DNA of 64,000 nt from Candidatus Falkowbacteria bacterium (GTDB lineage: Bacteria; Patescibacteriota; Patescibacteriia; Patescibacteriales; UBA12465), in assembly GCA_016432645.1 (NCBI GenBank), contig CP066698.1:325062-389061 (forward strand), written 5' to 3'. The notes beneath the pieces are model-generated. The model was not told where the DNA came from. It saw only the letters and a list, made by a program, of their open reading frames with translations, and made no database searches. Position numbers and translations under genes: made by a program. Positions 29,245 through 39,726 of the stretch are shown piece after piece (positions within the stretch are counted from its first letter, which is position 1; each line of letters opens with the position of its first letter).

Positions 29245-31881
29245 CTATATTTTTTTGCTTTCCCGCCGATAGCCGGAGATATGCTTGCCGAGCTCAAAAA
29301 CAAACATAGTTAAAGTGCCATAGATTAGAATGACCGCCCAATCGACAATCCTTAAAGGGACGGTGTCTAATAAACGATTGAGAACCGGCAAATAAACGGA
29401 GGCGGCAATCAGTATCACCCCTAAAAAAGTAGCGCTTACTAAAAATTTATTAGAGAAATGCTTAGTTTTGAAAATTGAAGTATTTAAACCCCTGACCGCA
29501 TAAATATAAAACATTGTACTCAGGCCTAGAGTGGCGAACATCACGCTGCGAGCCAGGTCGATATCCCCGACAAACTTAAAATAATAATAGAAAATTGCCA
29601 GTGCAAAACAGTCCATCACGATAGCATAAAAAGCAATTATTTTTTGCAAAGCCGGGGTCAAAAGAGGCTGCTCGCGATGGCGCGGCCGCTCATGCATCAC
29701 GTTGTCATCAGAAACATCAAAAGCTAAGCTGGCGGCCGGCAAGGGGTCTTCAATTAATTTAATCCAGAGAATCTGAACTGGTAAAATCGGCAAGGGCCAG
29801 CCTAAAATTACGGAAACACCGATAATAATCATTTCTTGAAAACAATCCGTGAATAAATACAAGACAACTTTTCTGATATTGGAAAAGGTTATCCGCCCCT
29901 GTTTAACAGCGGCCACAATTGTCAAAAAACTATTGTCCAGCAAAACTAAATCAGCCGCTTCTTTAGCGACATCCGTACCGCTGCCGATAGCGACGCCGAT
30001 ATCCGCTTTCTTAAGCGCCGGGGAATCATTAATGCCATCGCCAGTCATGGCCACGGTCTTGCCTATTTCCTGGAAAGCGTTAACGATTCTTAACTTATGA
30101 TGCGGGCTAACACGGGCATAAAGCCGGATATCTCTGATACATTTTTTAAGTTGGACATCGGACATTTTATCAAGCTCATCACCATTAAGAACATTATGGC
30201 TATTAATCTCTAAACCGATTTCCTTGACAATGGCGGTCGCTGTCCGCGCATTATCCCCGGTAATTATCACTACTCTAATCCCAGCCTCGCGGCAAGACTG
30301 AATGGCCTGTTTAACATCGGCGCGCACTTGATCGCGCAACGAAAAGAAGCCTACCAAAGTTAGTCCTTCCAAGTCAGCAGCTTCTAAGCGACCGGCCTGG
30401 CCGCTAATTTTATTTTTATAAGCCAGAGCAATTACCCGCGCACCGGTATCAGTGAACTCGGCGATTTTATCGGCTTGTAATTTTTTATCTTTAACTGACA
30501 ATTTCTTTTCCTGGCCGCCGACATAAATTTTAGAAGCCTGCGCCAATAATTTTTCAGGAGCGCCTTTAACGTAAATGACTTCTGGGCCGCCGGCCGATTT
30601 GTTTAAAGTCGCCATTAGTTTGGAATCTGAAGAAAATAGAATTTCATCCAAACGCGGGCTTATCTTTTCCAATTCTTGGCGATATAAGCCAACCCCGGCT
30701 CCAGCCAATAATAGCGCCTTATCGGTTGGATTGCCGGAAACTTTTAATTTTGCAAAATCATCGCCCGGATTTTCTATTAGGCCGTCATTGCATAAAACAG
30801 CAATTTTCAAAGCTAAAGTTTCTTTGGTTAATTTCTCTAAACCATTAGCCGCGATAAACTGGTCAACCAGCATCTCTCCTTGAGTTAGGGTTCCGGTTTT
30901 ATCGGCGCAAATAACCGAAACCGAGCCCAAAGTTTCAGCGGCAATCGCCCGCCTGACTAAACCTTGCTTTTTGGCAAGGTGCTGCATGCCAATTGCCAGA
31001 ATAATCGCCATCGCCGGAATCAAGCCTTCAGGGACTGCCGAGACGACAATTACTACCGAAATCATAAACATGTCAAAAATATTACGGCCGCTGATAACTC
31101 CAATTAAAAAAATTACGATATTGGCCGCAATTAAAAATAAGCCCAGCTTAATGCCAAAATTATTTATTTGTTTCTGCAGCGGCGTCAGCCCCTCGCTGGT
31201 TTCTTTAATTAATTTGGCAATCTGGCCGATCTCGGTATTTTGGCCGGTAGCGGTAACAAGCGCTTTGCCGAAGCCATCAGCCACAATCGTCCCTTGATAA
31301 ACCATATTTTTCCGATCAGCGAGGCTGATTTCCGCTTTTAATTCCTTAATTGACTTATCGACCGCTAAGGACTCGCCGGTCAAGGCGGCTTCATTAATTT
31401 TAAGATCTTTAGCTTCAAAAATTCTGGCATCGGCCGGGACAACATCGCCGGCAGTAACTTCAATTATATCTCCGGGAACGAGAAATTCTTTTTTAATAAT
31501 AGACAATTGATTGTCACGCCAGACTCTGACTTTATGCGTTACCGCTTGTCCTAATTTTTCTAAAGCATTATTGGCTTTCCATTCTTGCAAGAACCCCACC
31601 GTATTGGTAACCATTATAACAACCAAAATTATTAAGGAGTCGCTCTTATGGCCGGCAAAAAAACTAATTGCTAAAGCGGCTAACAGAATAAAAACTAAGG
31701 GGTTTTTAAACTGACCTAAAAATAAACTTAAACCGGTTAGCGCTTTTTTGCGCGGCAATTTATTTAAACCGTAAGTTTTTAAACGGCTTTCAACTTCTAA
31801 AGCCTCTAAACCTGATTGCTTAGCCGCCAATTTTTTAAAAGCAGCAGCTACGCTCAGTTGATAGAATAAAGGATTATTCAT
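29245..31881 (-). CDS. P-type cation ATPase (P2A, Ca2+-ATPase-like)
   Basis: TGES, PEGL, DKTGT, KGAPE, TGD and GDGIND. Confidence 0.92.
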   Translation of the reverse strand: MNNPLFYQLSVAAAFKKLAAKQSGLEALEVESRLKTYGLNKLPRKKALTGLSLFLGQFKNPLVFILLAALAISFFAGHKSDSLIILVVIMVTNTVGFLQEWKANNALEKLGQAVTHKVRVWRDNQLSIIKKEFLVPGDIIEVTAGDVVPADARIFEAKDLKINEAALTGESLAVDKSIKELKAEISLADRKNMVYQGTIVADGFGKALVTATGQNTEIGQIAKLIKETSEGLTPLQKQINNFGIKLGLFLIAANIVIFLIGVISGRNIFDMFMISVVIVVSAVPEGLIPAMAIILAIGMQHLAKKQGLVRRAIAAETLGSVSVICADKTGTLTQGEMLVDQFIAANGLEKLTKETLALKIAVLCNDGLIENPGDDFAKLKVSGNPTDKALLLAGAGVGLYRQELEKISPRLDEILFSSDSKLMATLNKSAGGPEVIYVKGAPEKLLAQASKIYVGGQEKKLSVKDKKLQADKIAEFTDTGARVIALAYKNKISGQAGRLEAADLEGLTLVGFFSLRDQVRADVKQAIQSCREAGIRVVIITGDNARTATAIVKEIGLEINSHNVLNGDELDKMSDVQLKKCIRDIRLYARVSPHHKLRIVNAFQEIGKTVAMTGDGINDSPALKKADIGVAIGSGTDVAKEAADLVLLDNSFLTIVAAVKQGRITFSNIRKVVLYLFTDCFQEMIIIGVSVILGWPLPILPVQILWIKLIEDPLPAASLAFDVSDDNVMHERPRHREQPLLTPALQKIIAFYAIVMDCFALAIFYYYFKFVGDIDLARSVMFATLGLSTMFYIYAVRGLNTSIFKTKHFSNKFLVSATFLGVILIAASVYLPVLNRLLDTVPLRIVDWAVILIYGTLTMFVFELGKHISGYRRESKKI

Positions 31882-31970
31882 TTTTACAAAATTAAAAAAT
31901 TATCAGTTAACAACGATTATCTCGCCTTAACTGTCTTTTAATTTTAACATAGGCTCTTCTTTTTTAAAAA

Positions 31971-32005
31971 TAAAACACTCGCTCCCTATGCTGGAGCGAG
32001 TGTTT
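31971..32005 (-). terminator. Intrinsic terminator after the secreted Gly/Met-rich protein
   Basis: 13-bp stem AAACACTCGCTCC / GGAGCGAGTGTTT. Confidence 0.75.
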
Positions 32006-32044
32006 GCCGCTTATCCCCTATATTTCCAAAACTTAATTAAAATT

Positions 32045-32542
32045 TTATTGATGCATCATGCGTCCACCGCCTAAACCCATGCCCATGCCCATTCCATGGC
32101 CGGCGCCTTCATCCAAACCAATGCCGCTTAAAATCGTCCGTGCCTGCTCCATTAAACTATGAGCTTGAACAAACTGAGCAAAATTATCTTTCGTAACTTT
32201 GGCTACTATTGGGCTATTAGCGCCTTCAGCCGCCACCCAAGCGTCATAGTCGCCGGCGCTAAGAGCCGCTTCTACGGCAGTGCGCCTAGCTTCCATGGCA
32301 GCTTGATTAGCGGTTCTGTTGGCATCACGTTCAGCAATTCTGGCCGCTTTTTCTTCATCGCTTAAACCAGCCATATTGCCCGCGCCGCGATTGCCACGGC
32401 CCTCCCAATTGGAATTAGCATTACCATTATCAGAGCTAGTAACTGAATTATTAACAGCCGCATCTGCCGCCAACATCCCGCCGGCCATCAGCGCTAAAGC
32501 TCCGAATACGGCCGCACCTTTTAATAAGTTATCTTTTTTCAT
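32045..32542 (-). CDS. Secreted helical protein with a Gly/Met-rich tail
   Basis: Signal peptide; C-terminal GAGHGMGMGMGLGGGRMMHQ. Confidence 0.75.
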   Translation of the reverse strand: MKKDNLLKGAAVFGALALMAGGMLAADAAVNNSVTSSDNGNANSNWEGRGNRGAGNMAGLSDEEKAARIAERDANRTANQAAMEARRTAVEAALSAGDYDAWVAAEGANSPIVAKVTKDNFAQFVQAHSLMEQARTILSGIGLDEGAGHGMGMGMGLGGGRMMHQ

Positions 32543-32644
32543 ATTTTTAGATTAATTAACGCTTCGCTTTCCCCTTAGAAAACTGGAAACGTTTAAATTA
32601 TTAATTAGTCGAGTGTTAAGATCTTAACTTTCCCCTCTGCTAAT

Positions 32645-32672
32645 TAATACGCCGAAAAAATAAATTTCTTCA
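32645..32672 (-). promoter_or_regulatory. Putative ECF-sigma promoter (copy 2)
   Basis: TGAAG-aaatttattttttcgg-CGTATTA, 16-nt spacer. Confidence 0.7.
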
Positions 32673-32674
32673 TT

Positions 32675-33457
32675 TTAATAGTTAACCTCTATCCTCTCCA
32701 ACATTCGCGGATTTCCTGGAACCGGGGGATGAGGCCCACCATTCATTCTCTTAAAAAATCCTCGGCCGGGCATCATCGGCATAACTTTAAATACTTCAAA
32801 AATATTGTCGGATTTTTTTTCGCCAATAAGCCTTAAAGGTCCTCCGGCTTGGGGCGGGATAACAAAATCATCGCCCTTGATTTTAACAAGCCATTCCTGC
32901 TGGTCTTTATCAATTAATACAAATTCTTCATCGCCAATTTGATCGACAATCACTCCAATTAACCGCCCCTCTTCCGGATTGGACCAAAAATCAACTCGAG
33001 GATTAATCATCTCGCCGTATAAAGGCGCCTTCTGACCAAGAACTTCATCTAATTCCTGGCCGAGGCCGGCGGCATAAAAAATCCCGCCTAAAAAGATACT
33101 AGTGATAACCGCGACCGTAATAATAAGGCCAATAGAATAACGATAACCGGTTTTGGTGTGCTTTAAATTATAATAAACAATAAAGATAAACAAGCCCAAA
33201 AATATCAACCAAAAATAAGGCAAGGTTAAAAGCAGCATTTCACCAAAACTCTTATTAATATCTTGTCTGATAGCAAAATCATTATAGCTGCCGAGATAAA
33301 TCATTACCGAAACTGCGGCGGCCCCAATTAAAAGTGCAAAAACACCAGAGACCCAGATAGCATAATTTTTCAATAAAAAATGCCAGCGCGCCCGCGGTTT
33401 AATTTTTAGCTCCTGTAATTTTTCTAGAATTTCTTTATTAAATATTTCGTTTTCCAT
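32675..33457 (-). CDS. Membrane protein, probable anti-sigma partner
   Basis: Three TMs plus an extracytoplasmic domain; 4 nt downstream of the ECF sigma gene. Confidence 0.6.
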   Translation of the reverse strand: MENEIFNKEILEKLQELKIKPRARWHFLLKNYAIWVSGVFALLIGAAAVSVMIYLGSYNDFAIRQDINKSFGEMLLLTLPYFWLIFLGLFIFIVYYNLKHTKTGYRYSIGLIITVAVITSIFLGGIFYAAGLGQELDEVLGQKAPLYGEMINPRVDFWSNPEEGRLIGVIVDQIGDEEFVLIDKDQQEWLVKIKGDDFVIPPQAGGPLRLIGEKKSDNIFEVFKVMPMMPGRGFFKRMNGGPHPPVPGNPRMLERIEVNY

Positions 33458-33461
33458 ATAT

Positions 33462-34043
33462 TTAAAGCTTATGGTTGGCGTTTAAAAATTTCTTTAATTC
33501 TGCTTTGGCCTTATTCATTCTGGAGGCCACGGTGCCTAAAGGCTTTTTAATAATATCCGATATTTCCTGATAATCTTTTTCTTCTAAATATTTTAAAATA
33601 ATCATTTCTTGATATTTAAGATCGATTTGGGAAAGGGCTTGGCTAATTTCCTGTTTTAATTCTTGCCGCGCCACCTCTTCAAACAAATCAGTCTCCCCGG
33701 CCAGTTCTCTAATTTGGCTTTCTTGAATATCAATATCCAGAAGCTGAGGCCGCGCTTTCCGCTTACGATAATTATCAATGACCTCGTTATGTGCTATTCG
33801 ATAAATCCAGGATGAGAACTTTAAACTATCATCAAAATCATTAAGATTAAGATAAACTTTAATAAAAATATTTTGCAACATATCCTCGGCTTCTTCTAGG
33901 CCGACATTGGATATGCGCCGGATATATCGAAGTAATTTATCTTTGTAGCGATTAACTAAATATGAAAAAACACCCTGGTTTTCCAGAACAATCGCAACTA
34001 ATTCTTCGTCGGTTTTCTTCTCAAAATCAATGTTTTCTATCAT
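33462..34043 (-). CDS. ECF-family RNA polymerase sigma factor
   Basis: AEDMLQNIF, FSSWIYRIAHN and YQEIS....PLGTVASR; regions 2 and 4 only. Confidence 0.93.
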   Translation of the reverse strand: MIENIDFEKKTDEELVAIVLENQGVFSYLVNRYKDKLLRYIRRISNVGLEEAEDMLQNIFIKVYLNLNDFDDSLKFSSWIYRIAHNEVIDNYRKRKARPQLLDIDIQESQIRELAGETDLFEEVARQELKQEISQALSQIDLKYQEMIILKYLEEKDYQEISDIIKKPLGTVASRMNKAKAELKKFLNANHKL

Positions 34044-34068
34044 AAATCTCTAAACGAGCCTTTTTTAT

Positions 34069-34096
34069 TAATACGGGGAAAAACAATTTTTCTTCA
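34069..34096 (-). promoter_or_regulatory. Putative autoregulatory ECF promoter (copy 1)
   Basis: TGAAG-aaaaattgtttttccc-CGTATTA, 16-nt spacer, 25 nt upstream of the sigma ATG. Confidence 0.75.
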
Positions 34097-34267
34097 AATA
34101 ATAAGGAAACGGATACTAACTTTATTATAGCAAGAAAAATTTCTTTCAGACATTAACTAGAATAACCGGCTAATATTTGACTTTTTTTAAAGAAAATTGT
34201 AAATTAAGGAGAAATTGAAAAAATTTCAGAATCGCTTAAGAACATTAACAATCTAAAACTATAAGCC

Positions 34268-35314
34268 ATGATTAAAATTTATTTCAACCCGAATTATCCA
34301 GAACTAATTTTTTCTATTGGCGCTATTATGGCTAATAAAAGCACCAGTGAAAAAAAAGAAGAACATTTAGTAGCTTTCATTGCCACTAACCCCTGGGAAA
34401 TGGATGGCGAGGAAAATGAACTAAAAAAAGAAATCGTAGATCTGGCGGAAGACATGATTGCTAAAGCTGAAGATAACCCCAAAAGCCAGATTGAGCCAGA
34501 AAAAGTGTTTGATGAGATTTCAAAAGACGAAATCATCATTCTCAACATCCACCCCTTAAACCAGGAAGAACTCGCTTATCTAATGAATTTTTTTGAAAGA
34601 CATCAAGATAATATTTCTCTCTGGGTTGACTCTTCTAATTATTGGTCCCCGTCAGTGGTAAACTATCTGAAGGAATATGGCCAGGCACAAATTTTGTTTG
34701 ACAAAGAAAAAAGCTGCTTAGAGCTATTGGCTGAAGCCGGATTCACCATTGAACCAGAATGGAAAGAGGCGGCCAAAGAAATTACCAATCCAACTACCGA
34801 AAATGCGTGGGCGACGCGCTACATTGCCGCACTTTGGGCGGCCAGTATGATAGATAATAACTGCGAAGAAGGCCTAAAAAATTATTTTCAAGCCTTTGCC
34901 CGAGCCGCCGATGAGGTCTGGAAAGTTAAGCGCGACCAAAATTTGGACGATTTAGTTAATGATTTTGTCGCTTGCGATCAAGAATGCCGACTTCTAAAAA
35001 AGGCCTTGGAAGAAACGGCAACTGACCCGCAAGATGATGCCTTCCCTCTTGCTAAAGCGGCTGGCCGACCCATCGGCTATCTGCACTTACCAAACATCAA
35101 CCCGGCTCTGGACTTGAGCGCTCTTCTAGAATTTGGAACTGCTAAATTCCCCTGGCTTTTCCTAATATTCTACAATATCGGCGAGGACTACAACGTTCTG
35201 GCCAATTCTGAAAAAATACCCCTTGACCAAATTGAATCTTGGCTGGAAACACATCAAGAAGAAAAATTGATGCTTGATTTCTTAGAAAAATCAGTAGTAA
35301 AATTTAAAATTTAA
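34268..35314 (+). CDS. Hypothetical acidic protein
   Basis: 348-aa ORF with a TTGACT-17-TAAATT promoter (34177-34205) and a downstream terminator. Confidence 0.7.
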   Translation: MIKIYFNPNYPELIFSIGAIMANKSTSEKKEEHLVAFIATNPWEMDGEENELKKEIVDLAEDMIAKAEDNPKSQIEPEKVFDEISKDEIIILNIHPLNQEELAYLMNFFERHQDNISLWVDSSNYWSPSVVNYLKEYGQAQILFDKEKSCLELLAEAGFTIEPEWKEAAKEITNPTTENAWATRYIAALWAASMIDNNCEEGLKNYFQAFARAADEVWKVKRDQNLDDLVNDFVACDQECRLLKKALEETATDPQDDAFPLAKAAGRPIGYLHLPNINPALDLSALLEFGTAKFPWLFLIFYNIGEDYNVLANSEKIPLDQIESWLETHQEEKLMLDFLEKSVVKFKI

Positions 35315-35326
35315 AAATAAGCTTTG

Positions 35327-35356
35327 AGCCCGACATAACAAATGCCGGGCTTTTTT
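35327..35356 (+). terminator. Intrinsic terminator
   Basis: AGCCCG...CGGGCT followed by a T-run. Confidence 0.7.
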
Positions 35357-35414
35357 ATAATCAAATTGCTAAAAGACGAACTTTAACTTATGATAAAGAT
35401 ATAAATTATAAGAT

Positions 35415-35912
35415 ATGCGCGTACCAATCAGAAAAGGCGATTCCCGCTTGGATAAAAAAATTGACCCAGCCATGACCGAGGCTAAATACCAGGAGCTTTT
35501 AAAAAAGCTGGATTTTTGGAAACGCGTTAAACGCCCGCGCGAAGCGGAAGAAGTAAAAAGATTGGCGCTCATGGGTGATTTCTCGGAAAACGTCGGCTAT
35601 CAAGTTGCTAAAGGCCGACTGCGCGGACTCAACGAACGAATTTTAGATTTGGAAAAATTACTGGGACGCGCGGAAATCATTAAAATCCAAAACGATGGGA
35701 CGGTGCAGCTCGGCAATAAAGTAACAATTGAAAAAGGCGGCAAAATTAAAACTTATCAAATTTTAGGAGCCACGGAAACCGACCCGACAAGCGGAACAAT
35801 TTCTTATTCTTCCCCGCTCGGCGCGGCTCTAATGGGAAAAACCGTGGGCGATATAATAAAAATAAACCTCGCAAACAAGGAGGTTTATTATAAAATTTTA
35901 AAAATAGAATAA
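35415..35912 (+). CDS. greA: Transcription elongation factor GreA/GreB family
   Basis: GDFSEN..Y and ISYSSPLGAALMGK. Confidence 0.85.
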   Translation: MRVPIRKGDSRLDKKIDPAMTEAKYQELLKKLDFWKRVKRPREAEEVKRLALMGDFSENVGYQVAKGRLRGLNERILDLEKLLGRAEIIKIQNDGTVQLGNKVTIEKGGKIKTYQILGATETDPTSGTISYSSPLGAALMGKTVGDIIKINLANKEVYYKILKIE

Positions 35913-35918
35913 CGAACG

Positions 35919-36686
35919 CTACTTATTGTCATCGACAAAAAATTCATAACCGCCGATTAAAACAGGTGTGGACAGAAAATACCAGATTATTACATCATCC
36001 AGCGGAAAAATATTGCCAGCCAAATTAATCGGCAAAATATATTCGCCCGGCCACCACCACGAACCGATGATAAGCGAGACGACCTCATAAACAAAGAAAA
36101 CCAAAGCGAAGAATAGTGTCGGCAACCAAGTTTTTTTTAATAATTTGGGGCTGAAATAAAACATGATTATTCCCGGAACCAACAAGATTATCAAAGCTAG
36201 CAGCGCATAATTTACCGCTAGTAAATTAGGGGCAATAAAAAATATAGTAAAAACCGATAAAAACAAGAAGAGATAGCCTAAAATTATCAGGCGAAAACGT
36301 CTGGAAATCCGCCGCTTTAAATCCCTATCTACAAAATATTCATAAAAGGCCAAGACCCAAAAGAAATTTAGAAAAGCAAAAAGAATATTTTCTAAAGGTG
36401 CAATCCCAAACAAACGCGGTAAAATTGATTGCACATCCCAAGCGTCAGCCAAACGAGCCGCCAGCTCTACCGGCGGCGCAAATAAGACGGTCGTTAAAAG
36501 AGAAAATAATAATATTTTAAAACGAGATTTTTTAAGCCATAAAAAATTAATGACTGCCGGCGGGACCAAGACAATAATTATAGATAATAAATAAACCGGA
36601 CGTAAAAAATAAACCAATATACAGGCCAGGGTTACATAGGCGAACAAAAATATCAAGCGTTGTCTTTTAAGTTTATTTAACTTCAT
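35919..36686 (-). CDS. Polytopic membrane protein with two lycopene-cyclase-like repeats
   Basis: About 8 TMs in two halves, each with E...W...P-L-(E/D)-(N/D): IAPLEN and FPLDD. Confidence 0.5.
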   Translation of the reverse strand: MKLNKLKRQRLIFLFAYVTLACILVYFLRPVYLLSIIIVLVPPAVINFLWLKKSRFKILLFSLLTTVLFAPPVELAARLADAWDVQSILPRLFGIAPLENILFAFLNFFWVLAFYEYFVDRDLKRRISRRFRLIILGYLFLFLSVFTIFFIAPNLLAVNYALLALIILLVPGIIMFYFSPKLLKKTWLPTLFFALVFFVYEVVSLIIGSWWWPGEYILPINLAGNIFPLDDVIIWYFLSTPVLIGGYEFFVDDNK

Positions 36687-36719
36687 GTTTGAATCTTAAC
36701 AAAAAATACCAAAAAAAAC

Positions 36720-36748
36720 AAAAAAAAGAGGCTATTGACTATAGCCTC
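36720..36748 (-). terminator. Intrinsic terminator
   Basis: GAGGCTAT-TGACT-ATAGCCTC next to an A-run. Confidence 0.75.
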
Positions 36749-36755
36749 CCCTTAA

Positions 36756-37085
36756 CTAAACTTTAGATCTTACGCGCACCGCTGTTTTGATTTGCGTTTG
36801 TGGTTTTTTAACGCCCAACTTCCAGAGCCGAAGCTTACCATTTTTACCGGCTCGACAAAAAACCTGAAAACTTAAATTAAGTTTAACGCGGTCGCGATAC
36901 AAACGAGTGATGAAAAAATATTCTTCCACCTGATAAACAGAGTGGGGGGTGCCATCGACATCTTCCAAAGACACATTTTCATCAAGCTGACTAAGTGCCA
37001 ACAGGCTGTCAGCAATCACTTTGTTGGTATGAGAGTCTCCAGGCTCTACATACCAATACGTCATCGGTGTTTTTTTCTCTCCCAT
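36756..37085 (-). CDS. Hypothetical protein
   Basis: 109 aa; SD-like AAGGA upstream; followed by a terminator. Confidence 0.7.
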   Translation of the reverse strand: MGEKKTPMTYWYVEPGDSHTNKVIADSLLALSQLDENVSLEDVDGTPHSVYQVEEYFFITRLYRDRVKLNLSFQVFCRAGKNGKLRLWKLGVKKPQTQIKTAVRVRSKV

Positions 37086-37142
37086 GATTAACTTTCCTTT
37101 CTTTTAAATGTTCAAAAATATGATAATTAATTATAAATCAAT

Positions 37143-38537
37143 TTAGAATTCAGCGTTCTTCGGGGTACGCGGAAACGGAATCACGTCGCGAATATTGGCC
37201 ATACCGGAAAAATACATAATCGCCCGCTCAAAGCCCAAGCCGAAACCAGCATGCTTCACCCCACCATAGCGGCGCGTATCTAAATACCAATTATAGTCTT
37301 CCGCCTTCATCCCTAATTCCTCAATTCGTTTCTTTAAAACCTCATAGCGTTCTTCTCTCTGGCTACCACCAATAATCTCCCCAATTCCCGGAACCAGCAA
37401 ATCCATGGCGGCTACGGTTTTCCCATCTTCATTCTGGCGCATATAAAAAGCCTTGATGTCTTTGGGATAATCAGTTAAAAATACCGGCTTACCAAAAATC
37501 TTTTCAGTAATATAACGTTCGTGTTCCGTCTGTAAATCAATTCCCCATTTGACCGGATAGTTGAATTTCTCGCCACTCTTGATTAACAAATCAATCGCCT
37601 CGGTATAAGGTAAGCGGACAAAATCAGAATTTAAAATATTATTCAATCTATCCAATAAGCCAGTATCAATAAACTTGTTGAAAAATTCCATTTCTTCCGG
37701 CAGTTCTTTCAAAATATAAGCAATTAAATATTTAATCATCTTCTCGGCTAAATCCATATCGTCTTTTAAATCGGCAAAAGCCATCTCCGGTTCCATCATC
37801 CAAAACTCGCAAGCATGTCTAGTCGTGTTAGAGTTCTCGGCTCTAAAAGTCGGACCAAAAGTGTAAACTCGGTTCAAACCCATGACCAAAGCTTCCGCTT
37901 CTAATTGTCCACTAACGGTTAAACCGACTTTCTTGCCAAAAAAATCCTGAGAATAATCAACTTCGCCACTAGGTAATTTAGGAGCGCCCTTCTTTAAATC
38001 TAAAGTAGTGATATTAAACATTTCACCGGCGCCTTCCGCGTCGCTGCCGGAAATTATCGGGGTATGGATATAAGCAAAACCTTCTTCTTGAAAAAATTTA
38101 TGAATCGCAAAACTTAAAGTTGAGCGCAAGCGAAAAACCGCGGAAAAAGTATTGCTGCGGCCGCGCAGATGGGCAATTTCCCGTAAAAATTCAAAACTAT
38201 GCTTTTTCTTCTGCAAAGGATAATCCGCTTCCGCCAAACCAATAACTGTAATCTTTTTAGCCTTCAGTTCAAATTCCTGACCAGCAGCTGGCGACTCCAC
38301 CAAAACGCCCTCAATTTCCAAAGAAGAACCAATTGTCGTTTTCTCTATTTCAGAAAAATTACTAATATTAGCATCAAAAACGACTTGCAAGCCCTTAAAA
38401 AAGCTGCCGTCATTAACTTCAATAAAGCCAAATTCCTTAGAACTTCTCAGGGTTCTCACCCAGGCACCAACTTTAATTTCTTGGCCAAAGTATTTCTTAG
38501 GTTCGCGATGAAGCGATTTAATATCAATATAAGCCAT
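37143..38537 (-). CDS. asnS: Asparagine--tRNA ligase
   Basis: [27 protein letters not shown] and GFGLGFER. Confidence 0.96.
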   Translation of the reverse strand: MAYIDIKSLHREPKKYFGQEIKVGAWVRTLRSSKEFGFIEVNDGSFFKGLQVVFDANISNFSEIEKTTIGSSLEIEGVLVESPAAGQEFELKAKKITVIGLAEADYPLQKKKHSFEFLREIAHLRGRSNTFSAVFRLRSTLSFAIHKFFQEEGFAYIHTPIISGSDAEGAGEMFNITTLDLKKGAPKLPSGEVDYSQDFFGKKVGLTVSGQLEAEALVMGLNRVYTFGPTFRAENSNTTRHACEFWMMEPEMAFADLKDDMDLAEKMIKYLIAYILKELPEEMEFFNKFIDTGLLDRLNNILNSDFVRLPYTEAIDLLIKSGEKFNYPVKWGIDLQTEHERYITEKIFGKPVFLTDYPKDIKAFYMRQNEDGKTVAAMDLLVPGIGEIIGGSQREERYEVLKKRIEELGMKAEDYNWYLDTRRYGGVKHAGFGLGFERAIMYFSGMANIRDVIPFPRTPKNAEF

Positions 38538-38630
38538 ATATATGCTAATTACTAGTTAGATTAACAAAACTATATTAATACGAACTTGATTTTTTTTCAA
38601 TACTAAGCCTAATATCGGAGCGCCGCTGAA

Positions 38631-39656
38631 TTAAGCGGAGACTAAATTAATCGGCTTCTTTTTTTGATACGCTAAAATATTTTCAATAGTCATATCCAAA
38701 ATTCTAAGCAAAGCTTCCTCGGAATTAAACGCATTATGTGGGGTAATGATTACCTTAGGGTGTTGGAGCAATAGATGGTTGCGCAAGACTGTTTTTAAAT
38801 CAAATTTCTTATTAAATTCTTTGGATAAAAGCTCTTTCTCTTCTTTAATAAAACCCTCTTCTTCCAAAACATCCAAACCGGCGCCGGCCAAGATGCCGCT
38901 ATCTAAGGCTTTAAGTAAAGCTGAAGAACTGACCAAACCGCCGCGTGAAGTATTAAGTAAATACGCGCCGCGCTTAATTAATTTAATATTTTTACTATTT
39001 ATTAAATGATGAGTGAATTTATTATAAGGGACGTGGAGACTAATAATATCGGAATTGGCCAACAAATATTCCAGCGAAACATATTTGAGTTTTAACTTTT
39101 TAGCCAATTCTTTATTGGGCTTCAAATCATAAACCAGAATATTCATCCCCAAGCTGGAAACCATTTCGGCAAATTTAGAGCCAATGTGTCCCAGCCCGAC
39201 TAAGCCGATAGTCTTTCCTTTTAAATCAAAACCGCGCAGGCCGTCCAAAGAAAAATTACCGGTACGCGCCCGCTCAACTGACGGGACTAACTTTCTGGAC
39301 AAAGCTAGTAATAAAGCCAGGGTGTGCTCCGCCACCGTATTTTCTCCATAAAAAGGAACATTACTGACTTTTATCTTGCGCTTGGCGCAAACGTCCAAGT
39401 CAATATGGTCATAACCGGTGGACATTGTGGCAATCATTTTTAATTTACTTAACTTTTCCAGAGTAGCTTTATCTAAAGAAGAATAGATAAAAGCCGCTAG
39501 AATATCGATTTCTCTCAAACTTTTAATATCTTTCTGCTTAACCTGAGTATTATGAAACTCTAACGTTAAAGCTTTTTCTTTGGCCAAGCGCGCGGAAATA
39601 TATTTCTCCTCCCACTTTTCAAGCTCAAAAAAAGCGACTTTTGTTTTATTAGCCAT
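38631..39656 (-). CDS. D-isomer-specific 2-hydroxyacid dehydrogenase (D-lactate dehydrogenase-like)
   Basis: STGYDH, VAEH, GLGHIG, NTSRG, LDVLEEE and TPHNAF. Confidence 0.9.
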   Translation of the reverse strand: MANKTKVAFFELEKWEEKYISARLAKEKALTLEFHNTQVKQKDIKSLREIDILAAFIYSSLDKATLEKLSKLKMIATMSTGYDHIDLDVCAKRKIKVSNVPFYGENTVAEHTLALLLALSRKLVPSVERARTGNFSLDGLRGFDLKGKTIGLVGLGHIGSKFAEMVSSLGMNILVYDLKPNKELAKKLKLKYVSLEYLLANSDIISLHVPYNKFTHHLINSKNIKLIKRGAYLLNTSRGGLVSSSALLKALDSGILAGAGLDVLEEEGFIKEEKELLSKEFNKKFDLKTVLRNHLLLQHPKVIITPHNAFNSEEALLRILDMTIENILAYQKKKPINLVSA

Positions 39657-39726
39657 ATGTGAATCATTAAATAATTAATGATTATATTATAGCATAGAAA
39701 ACAAGCCGCTTCTGACTTTTTATCAT

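Noticed and set aside
38576..38602. CGTATTA upstream of asnS as a fourth ECF promoter
   Set aside because: No GAAG at the 16-nt spacing; it fits a sigma-70-like promoter better.
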